Shown in pieces: positions 50,622 to 59,392 of a DNA stretch of 64,000 nucleotides. The stretch lies in contig RHPI01000810.1 of assembly GCA_009103225.1 (NCBI GenBank), positions 310,001 to 374,000 on the forward strand. The letters run 5' to 3'. Within the stretch, counting starts at the first letter, position 1, and the number at the start of each line of letters is the position of its first letter. The DNA is from Chlorokybus atmophyticus. Lineage: Eukaryota; Plantae; Mesostigma and Chlorokybus algae. The notes under the pieces are model-generated. The model saw only the letters and a list, made by a program, of their open reading frames with translations, ran no database searches and was not told the DNA's origin. The position numbers were made by a program, and so were the translations under genes.

Positions 50622-53184
50622 TCACGGCCCCCAATCATGGTGCCGAGGATCTGCGGCTTCCAACCGCACGCCATCCGGTTGTTCCATGACTTGCAGCGCA
50701 AGAACCCCTTTCCCCTTCCAGAGCGCAGCAACCCGCTCCCTCGCCGAGCCTTCCCTCAATACCACCGCAAACACGGCATCATAACCCCCGGCACCAGGCA
50801 CACCCGACATTACCACGCCAGGCATGGCAGCCGTGGCGTCGAGCAGCTCTGTCTGGACATCCGGCTCGATCGGAACTCCCGCGCGGTCTCCCATCGACTT
50901 GAGCAGTCTGCGTGCATCGAGGCTGGCTTGATGCAGCGCGGCGAGCGTGTCAGCGACGGTATTGGCAAATGTTGAGCTTTGTGCGGTAGGACATGATGTC
51001 CAAGAGGGAGCCGTGTCTTCGGCGCATGCGGTAATCACGGCCGAGTATGCGTCTGACCAGCCCGCGGCCTCCTCCTGCAGCTTGCAAAGCAGAGACTCGA
51101 TGGTGGTGTTGGTCGACGCCAGCGCAGTCCATAGCTTCGCAGCTGCATGCATGACATTGTTGATTGGTGCAATGCGGCGTAGCATGCGCAGTGCATAACA
51201 ATGCCGCACATAGGTCCAGACATTGCCATATGGGTATCGTGGGTAAAGTCCCTTACCCGTGCATGCGCATGCACAACCATACCTTCAGCTGGCTGCGATG
51301 TTCGCCATCTCTGAACTGCGCCAACCATCGATGGCGTGGAAGTGCCGCCCCAACCAGGCTCACCAACCATCTGTCACAGCAAGATTGCCATGCCCAAATC
51401 AGTTCCAAAACTAAAGCCACATCACTCCAATAAACCAAGTCCCTCAATGTCCTTACCAGCTCTAAGCCGGGCGGCAGCTCAAACTTCTTGCGAATCTCGT
51501 TCCAGGACTTGCTTCCGGGCATGTCGCTGTCGGGTTGCAGCTGCATTCCCGCCAGAAGCTCCAGCGTGCGCATCTTGATGCTGGCTTTCTTGGGTATGGA
51601 AAGCACGTCCGCAGCAAAGCGCACATAGCGTTGGCTACCGTATACAGCTGCACTGACATCAAACCCACTTCCGACTTTACCCTGCCAAGCGCAAGCACCA
51701 CAATATCGAACACAAGTTCACACACAAACAACCCCACTCTCTCTGCATTGTGGTTGAGAATTGAGTGCTGACCTGTGCTAGACAATGCGCGGCTTGAGAC
51801 ACTCGGTGGACAACAGTGCGGTGGTGTGGTGTCGAGTCAATGGACTCTTTGTCGAGGCTGACAGCACCGAGGTAGTGAAGCAACGAAGCCACCACAGCCG
51901 TGACCATTGCTGCGCTGCTGCCCAGCCCGGTCTTCGCCACATGCGGGACGTTCTCATCCGATGACGCGTTGAATGTGGTTTGCATGAATGGCGGCAACAT
52001 CGCCAGTGCCTCCGTAGACAGTTCGAGCTTCCTGGCTGCCAACTTCATGAATAGCAATGACTTTAGTCCTCGGTTTTGCAAAACATGCGCACGCCACTCT
52101 CATTTGATGTACGACACACTATCCTGCTAAGCGTGAATATGGCTGAAGCTCTAACGCATGAACATACACTATACCTGAGCTCGTTGGGAGTAAAAGTCGT
52201 TATCGCCAAGAATCGTTACGTTTACATCTGCCTTCAACAAATATGTTGTCACCAGAAAGACGCACAACGTTTGTCTTTGATGTGTGGTTTACAGCAAGAA
52301 GCAACTTGCCCAGACAGGTGTGCATGCAAGCAATGCTAGCGACAGTTTAGGGATACATGCGATCGCCACATGCATGGTTGCTACAGCGTACTTACCATCC
52401 TGGCCTTGAGCTCGTCAGAAGCATCTGGCAGCAATAGAGCCGCGGCAACTGTAGCACATTCAATGGCATACTCGACGTAGGTGTTGCATATGCTCTCCGC
52501 ACTGTCAAGCAGCCAATAACAAACAATAATGCTGCTGGTGTGAGCCATAAACTGACGTGCACAGCGTACGAGCCAAATCCAACCTTGCACTTGGGTCGAC
52601 AAGCATGGGCATCAGCGAAAAAGTGTCCATGTCCAATGCATACTGCGTCACGCTCGCCAATTGCGGGGACTCCACACGCACTGTGATCACGCCCTACACG
52701 ACAATACACAACCTTACATGTCCTGTAACCTTGCAGACTTCAGCATCTTCAATCAGTACTCCCTTCCTCTCACCTCTGAAGGAGACGCCTGACGGTCTGG
52801 CTTGTGAGCCTGAGTGATAATGGCGTAAAAGCGGGCTGAGGTGGACAGCACAAGCCCCGCGTTGGGTCGCTCCAGCACTAAATATCCGCCACTCAGCAGC
52901 ACCTTCCCTGGCGCAGAAACCACTGCAGCCTGGCGCCTGAAGCAAAGGAAATATGCTCAAACAAAGTCTTACACATGCACCACACACACGCATGCACGCG
53001 CCAGCACTCGCGCACATGCTCACACACATGCACACACATATGCGTATGCATTCCAACTCAACATGCATGCTTCATTGCGCACAGTCCAATGCCCACAACA
53101 TGCTTGAAGGGTGCACAAAAGACCGGCAATGCCAAACTGACAAGTCATGAAGCCAGGTAAGCATGCAGTCACTTACACGGGCAT
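50622..53184 (-). CDS. PMK: Phosphomevalonate kinase, plant/ERG8 type (GHMP kinase), multi-exon
   Basis: ATGCCCGT|G CGC CAG gives MPVRQAAVVSAPGKVLLSGGYLVLERPNAGLVLST; KTGLGSSAAMVT; SGVPGAGGYDAVF near the C-terminus. Confidence 0.93.
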
Positions 53185-53267
53185 GGCCGCAGCGATGGCA
53201 GCACCACCTACCACTAAGCAAGAAAATGTACTATTAGCAAGCAGTGAAGGGAGAGACACAGTGTCCC

Positions 53268-53731
53268 TCAGATGGCCTTGTTCGCCGGCTTCTTGTCCTT
53301 TGAAGCGGAGCTCTCCAGCGACGATGATGATGATGATGTTGTTGACGATAATGACGGACCCTCAAATGGAGCACAGTGCAGCGAAGCGCCGCCGCACTCT
53401 TTGCAGCAGTCCTTGAGAGCATCAAGCGCAGGCTGACAGCTGGACATCAACGACAGATTTGGAATCACAGCTACAGCAACACACAGCTGACTCAACATAC
53501 CAAGAGGGCGTGGCCATACGAGCAGCACATGCTTGGCGACATGCTTGGTGCCATGCTGCATGCAGTGTTTGCGTGATGGGACGGGCAGGTAAATAGTGAG
53601 AAAAATGCACTCCACCGGTCCATGCGGAAGTTCTCCTTGGCGAGGCACTCTTGCATGCGGCATGCTTGGCGCTTGCAAGGCTCGGCCTTCGCCGTGCCCG
53701 GCGCCCCTGTCGCCGTCGCCGTCGCCGTCAT
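53268..53731 (-). CDS. CMC4: CMC4-like twin Cx9C mitochondrial intermembrane-space protein (2 exons)
   Basis: AEPCKRQACRMQECLAKENFRMDR|CQPALDALKDCCKECGGASLHC; Cys spacing as in CMC4/p8-MTCP1. Confidence 0.8.
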
Positions 53732-53825
53732 GCCTGCCGCCACCTACAGCACCCTCCGCAGTGGCATCTATCCTGCACACATTAACAGTCAATAAATGTA
53801 ACATGCACCTCAATGGAAGTCATTG

Positions 53826-53898
53826 GCCGCCCTAGCTCAGTCGGTAGAGCGCACGGCTCTTAACCGTGTGGTCGTGGGTTCGAGCCCCACGGGCGGCG
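53826..53898 (+). tRNA. trnK-CUU: tRNA-Lys (CTT)
   Basis: Acceptor stem GCCGCCC/GGGCGGC, D arm TAGCTCAGTCGGTAGAGC, anticodon arm CACGG-CTCTTAA-CCGTG, T loop GGTTCGAGCC. Confidence 0.98.
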
Positions 53899-54195
53899 CA
53901 TCCGTGCGCCTCCTCCTAGGCCGACAAGTTTTGCTGGTTTTGCCGTCGATGCATTGACCATAACAACTTCATCTTGCATTGAACATCCGCGTTCAGCGCT
54001 CATTGTGCAAGCCTTGCAAGTTGCATTCACCTGTCTTATGTAAGCCATCATTTAATAGCTAAGCAAAGCATATATTGACCTCTTTGTTTACGGTTCCCTT
54101 ATATGGCGGGAAAATACCTATGGCTAGCAAACAAATCTCGCATTATAAGCTGATAAATTTCATTTTGAGCAAGTGTGTGTGAAATCCAACAAAGT

Positions 54196-54626
54196 AAAGC
54201 ATGTAGAACTAGCTAAATTGAAGTTTATTAGCGTTAACTCCAAGCGGCACACATACACAACGGTGTTGTTTGTATATAATAATATGGTATTTCGTTAATT
54301 ATTGTGTATGCATGTAGATCTACATGTGGTTGATGATGTGTAACAGCCTCATTATTTAGAAGATGAAAGCCAACCAATTTATACATTCAATTTTAGCCCC
54401 CCGCCACTTCAAAGCATGTAGCACGCTAGATATAAGTTTATCAGCGTTAACTCCAAGCGGCACGCATACACAACGGTGTTGTTTGTATATGATAGTATAT
54501 GATATTTCGTTAATTATTGTGTATGCATGTATAACAACATGTGCTTGATAATATGTAACATTATTAACATTTTTAAGACCAAAAGCCAAGCTATTCACAA
54601 ATTCAAATATAGCCCCCCGCCACTTC
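54196..54626. repeat. Two diverged tandem copies of an AT-rich unit of about 215 bp
   Basis: aaagcatgtag at 54196 and 54411; shared gcgttaactccaagcggcac...ttattgtgtatgcatgta and tagccccccgccacttca. Confidence 0.88.
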
Positions 54627-54777
54627 ATTGTCAAGTCCGACGGGACATATCCATCTGACAGATGCGACCTGGCATGGGGTGGATTGCATTGAGACGTTGC
54701 AATATGTTTTCCCTGCCGGCCGACTAAATATTGGCAACGGCCGTGCACCTGAGGACGCTAATTTAGACTGTCGTGGC

Positions 54778-55160
54778 TCAGGCCACCTGTAATCTTGATA
54801 CAGGGACCTAATAGTAACTTTCGTTACTGTAAGGCCCTTTTTGTTACAATTTAGTCTTTAACAGTTGACTTTGCCTAACTAACAGGCGCCTGTTAGTTAC
54901 CTATCAGGCCTTAACAGGTGACTTTATAGAATGAACAAGCACCTGTTAGTCACACACCAGGCCTTAACAAATGACTTTGTGTAATTTACAGGCAACTGTT
55001 AGTTACAAATCAGGCCTTATTAGGTGACTACAACTAATCAACGGGCACCTGTAAGTTACACATCAGTCTTACCTAGGTGACTCAGCCTATGTGACAGGCA
55101 CCTGCAGGTTGCACACCAGTCCAGCGCAGGCGACTAAGCCTAATTCACAAGCACCAACTA
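54778..55160. repeat. 53-bp degenerate tandem array (6-7 units), candidate transposon subterminal repeats
   Basis: The carGCrcCtg core recurs at 54883, 54936, 54989, 55042, 55095 and 55148 (exact 53-bp period), with a weaker unit at 54830. Confidence 0.9.
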
Positions 55161-55515
55161 GGTAATTATCGACAAAATAAGGCATTCTTCAACAACTGAA
55201 GGTGACCAATGCCTAACTGTCGTCATATGTATTTGCATAGCTTGACTACACGCGACTGTCATTGACTTCCAGCATTGTTATGTGCCAGTGCTGTGTACAT
55301 GTACCTGAAATGTGTACAGTGTCTCTCAGTCACTTGCCAAGGCTTGTAGTTCGATTATGTGACTCGAATGCAGTTCTGTTGTATATTATAGGGATGCAAG
55401 TATTGATGTGCATGAGCATAATGACGATTGACTGAGCTGGTTTAAGATGCACAACACTCAGTCACAAGAGCCTTGTAGCTATGTACACTACCAGCTAAAC
55501 GGACTACCAACTGCG

Positions 55516-57593
55516 CTACAGCTCCTCTCCATCATCGCTTATCTCGTCATTACGGAACAAAGCACCACGCGCTGGGGCCTGTGGAGGAGACGCCGGAGCT
55601 TGCTCTTCCTCCTCAAACGGTTGTGCCAGCCAATCAAATGCCGCTTCTGCCTCAGCGAGCGGGTCACGAGCTGCTGTCTCTTGCGGCCGGCGCCGATTGG
55701 GATCTTTCAGGTATTCGACACAAGATGCAGTGCGGCGTTTCACAAGGGTGAATGGCTGGAGGGCTGCGTACCGTTGCCTCATCTCCCGCTTCATTGACAT
55801 GATCATGGTGTTGATTTCGCTGAGGTACTCTTCATGTGTGTCTATGCTGGCAGCTAGGAGAGGGTCTCCATCCTTGCCCTTTAGGATGCGCTCCACCTGC
55901 GTAGTTTACAGGCATGTCTTAGTGGCATCGAAAGCCACTATTCACTGCAACGCGTCTGCAAGCCTGTAGTTTGGGGCTACAGCGTTCCTGAATTGCTAAT
56001 GATGGAGTTCAGAGTGCTCACCGTAAGCAACAGGTATGCGAGGTGGTTGACTGTCAGCTGCCGGCGACCAGGTGTAGTGACGGCGTAAGACCAGCATTGC
56101 ACGATCATTTGCCAGATTATGGGATTGCCCCATTCATGGATGTATCTCCTCCGCTCCGGGTCTGCAGTGTCGGTCACCTCAAATCTCCGCCATGACTTGT
56201 CTGCGACAGTCATACCGACAAGGCATTAGTCACGAAATAGATAGTTCAAGTTGAGCCTGCACCAGGCTAGAATAGTGCCTGTGACTTACTTTGGAGCGCG
56301 TTGCGCATCTGGGCTTTTTGGGTCTCGGGGTCCATTAGGGCGTCGATGTGCCTGATTGAATCGGTTACAATAGGCGAGATGAGTACGTGTGTATGGAGGC
56401 TGAGTAAGAAGGCAGTGTTGCATAGCAGACATGGTGGTGAGGGACCCAACTCACTTGCGCTTGTTGCTGTTAAACAGTGTCCACTTGTACTCCTTCTCAA
56501 GGACATGCTTGATCTTGGTGACGTTCTCAGACCGGACCTGCGTAGCTTTCTTCAGGGCGACACTCCAGTGGAAGGGGCACTCCTTGGGAGTCCAGTACAC
56601 CTCATAGAACTTGGCCGCATCGGCCTCGTCGTCATGGTCGAAGCCAACTACCTGTCACGGGCAGGTTGGTCAGTGTCACGGTGCAGTGCGGTCATGAAGC
56701 ATTCACAGCACCTGACACATGACGTTACGAATAGTGTCCTCCTTGGGATAAACGTGGCTCTCTACCCAGTGGCCGTTTATGATTTCAACGACGGCATCTC
56801 GCAAATGCTGTCCACAGAAGAACAATCCGTTACACACATACACACAGTGTCACAGTGTCACACAGTGCTTACCTCGTTGCCAATCTTCCACTTGCTTGGG
56901 GAAGGGTTGCTGACGGCCGAGGTTGCCACGTCACGGCCAAATGCGTTTGGGTTGGGGGTTCCAATCGACCCTCTGCAAGCACAACCACATGAGTCATGCT
57001 GCCAGCCATGAAAGATGCAACCCTCACAGTTGCAAAAGAAGAACAACGTGCACAGTGTATCCAGAACGCATGCAGTGAGTCACTGTGCTAGTCATGATAG
57101 AAGCAAGCATCCAAGTTAGAAGTTGAGCAAGAAGCAACGTGCACAGTGCATCAAGAACGCATGCAGTCTAGCTTGCCCTTGCGACTGCGGTGTCAGGTGG
57201 AGTTGTTGTGATGTGCTGGGCGTTAGCGCGGGGTCTTGCTGCGATTGGTTGGCGACGGTTGCCTGGTTGAACACTGGGGGCAATGTGGACAACTGTCGCC
57301 GACCTCCACGACGAGGTGCACTTAGTGAGTCACTGTGCTAGTCATGATGGAAGCAAGCATCCAAGTTAGAAGTTGAGCAAGAAGCAACGTGCACAGTGCA
57401 TCAAGAACGCATGCAGTCTAGCTTGCCCTTGCGACTGCGGTGTCAGGTGGAGTTGTTGTGATGTGCTGGGCGTTAGCGCGGGGTCTTGCTGCGATTGGTT
57501 GGCGACGGTTGCCTGGTTGAACACTGGGGGCAATGTGGACAACTGGCGCCGACCTCCACGACGAGGTGCACTTACGGATGGACCACGAGGCAT
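55516..57593 (-). CDS. Uncharacterised multi-exon ORF of the element (possible accessory/TnpA-like protein)
   Basis: Spliceable exons HLRDAVVEIINGHWVESHVYPKEDTIRNVMCQ|VVGFDHDDEADAAKFYEVYWTPKECPFHWSVALKKATQVRSENVTKIKH..., ...RRYIHEWGNPIIWQMIVQCWSY..., ...DEISDDGEEL*. Start uncertain. Confidence 0.55.
57074..57574. repeat. Near-identical 250-bp tandem duplication
   Basis: agtgagtcactgtgctagtcatgat at 57074 and 57324; I saw about 2 substitutions between the copies. Confidence 0.95.
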
Positions 57594-57688
57594 CTCTCCA
57601 ACTGATAGTCGGGTGCCGCCTGTTTAGCTGTAAGTGGCGCTGCCGCCTCCAACGCTGCCGCCGCCGGTTGGCCCGCCCGAATGTATGA

Positions 57689-57698
57689 GGCGCGAAAA
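57689..57698 (-). promoter_or_regulatory. E2F-like site TTTTCGCGCC upstream of the element's minus-strand ORF
   Basis: ggcgcgaaaa on the + strand, 96 bp upstream of ATG 57593. Confidence 0.35.
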
Positions 57699-58114
57699 CG
57701 AAAATGAGGCGGTTTTGAACGTCTAGAGTCCCGCACTAGAGTCGCACTTGTAGTGCGTCCTTGCTCCTATGGTTGATGGTACGACTTATGCATTCGTGCC
57801 ATGCATGCTTCGCACAACCATTGTTACCAATGGTTGTGTCGTAATATTTATGGTACGACAGAGGCATCTCTTGTCCAACCCCAGCGATTGCCGTACAATG
57901 GCTCTGTCGTACCATCCATGGTACGACAGAGGCATTGCTCGATCAGCCCAAATGGGAGTTAGCATGCACTCACCCAAACACGCTTCATTGATGGCCGGAT
58001 GATGGCACGCAGGGGCACCAGGTCGATGACGGGTCGAATGTCAGGCTTGATGGGCCTGGGTTCGACTAGGAGGCGGAGGACCAGGAGTCGGAGGAGGCGG
58101 CGGCGGCGGCGGCG

Positions 58115-58115
58115 N
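58115..58115. other. Single-N assembly gap after a (GGC)n run
   Basis: One n inside the predicted ORF 57999-58910. Confidence 0.95.
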
Positions 58116-58160
58116 AAACAGACCTCTGGGGATTGGCCGTGGTTGGAACCCATACACGAT

Positions 58161-58910
58161 ATGGCCATCCGTAGTACGTTGTTGCCCCTCGCCGTCCTCG
58201 ATATGATGGTGTTGTTGCTGCCGCAGCACCCCGGCAATGTGCAAGAGCTATCTGCGGAGCAGAACTTCGACCTGCTGCAGCAGATGTACCTGTCGATGTC
58301 GGCTAATGCGGATCGAGATGTGTGCCACTACCTGAGCAAACATACTGGGTGGCAAGTAAAACCATTCGAGCTGTACTTGGCATGCTTTGGCTGGCAGTGG
58401 TTGTATGTCATACGGCACGTCGAGCTGATTCTGTGGAAGCTCGAAGAAAATGACGATGCGGGGGAGTACACGAGTGACGACAGCCATGTCGAGGGCCTGG
58501 ATGAACGCATGCTGGACGAGACCACCAAGACCAGCAGGTGGTGTATGGCGGCAGATGGGCGTCAGGTGATCGAGCAGGCAGTGGAGCGTTATGCTGCGCC
58601 ATTCAGATGGGAGTCGCGACAACGCCTGCGACGCGATAACAGAGTTTGGTGGCAGAGGCAGCTTGCACACCCGCGTGCACCATGTGTGCTGATCTGTCGC
58701 ATTGATCAGCCACCCCCCAGAGCGGATGGGGAGACGCCCTGTTGCAAGAAAGCGATGTGCCATGTCTGCATCATAGCACATCAGAAGACTGTGGCAAATA
58801 AATCAAAGAATCTACAAGCGTGTCCATTCTGCAAGCAACCTCACCCGTTTTGGTCGCCACGCCTGATGCAAGACGCCAACGTGTCGGCGGTGATTTGGCC
58901 CCCGCCTTGA
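58161..58910 (+). CDS. Intronless protein with a C-terminal RING-like zinc finger; true start uncertain because of the gap
   Basis: CVLIC-x14-CCKKAMCHVC-x16-CPFC pattern at the C-terminus. Confidence 0.65.
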   Translation: MAIRSTLLPLAVLDMMVLLLPQHPGNVQELSAEQNFDLLQQMYLSMSANADRDVCHYLSKHTGWQVKPFELYLACFGWQWLYVIRHVELILWKLEENDDAGEYTSDDSHVEGLDERMLDETTKTSRWCMAADGRQVIEQAVERYAAPFRWESRQRLRRDNRVWWQRQLAHPRAPCVLICRIDQPPPRADGETPCCKKAMCHVCIIAHQKTVANKSKNLQACPFCKQPHPFWSPRLMQDANVSAVIWPPP

Positions 58911-59392
58911 TGCCAATTGTGCATGTATTGTAGTTTTGTGTTGGCTTCCTGTGAACCATGTGGGTACATGTATAGTTGCAGCATGGTGCATGGTGCACCA
59001 GAGATCTGCTGTTGTTAGAAGCATTGGCTGTACATGTGTATGATGACTGCCCGGCGCATGAGTCAGTGCATGGCTTGCATACCTCGCTAGTTTAGAGCGT
59101 GGTTGACAGCAACAAACTCGGACAGCGCTCTGGGTTCCCTGCATGACAGCACAGTATTACTCTACGATCGTGGTAGTATGCAAGTATCCTTGTACTGTAG
59201 TACCATTAACAGATAGAGTACCATTCATGTTGATGTAGTACCATGCATGGTACTGCAATAGCGTATAAGGTACAGTCGTGCTTCACTTGAAGTTTGACCC
59301 ATTTAGGGTTCGTAAGCTGGCAACCCTAAATTGATGCCCATACCCTAAAGTCTCGCTCAGTTTGTGGGCAGCCGTGCCGATTCCTATTTTGC

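Noticed and set aside
54778-55160. CRISPR-like array
   Set aside because: The whole 53-bp unit is a degenerate repeat with no unique spacers; eukaryotic context and no cas genes.
57715-57770. Helitron 3' end (CTAG with hairpin)
   Set aside because: CTAG occurs twice but without the GC-rich subterminal hairpin at the expected spacing, and there is no Rep/helicase in the window.
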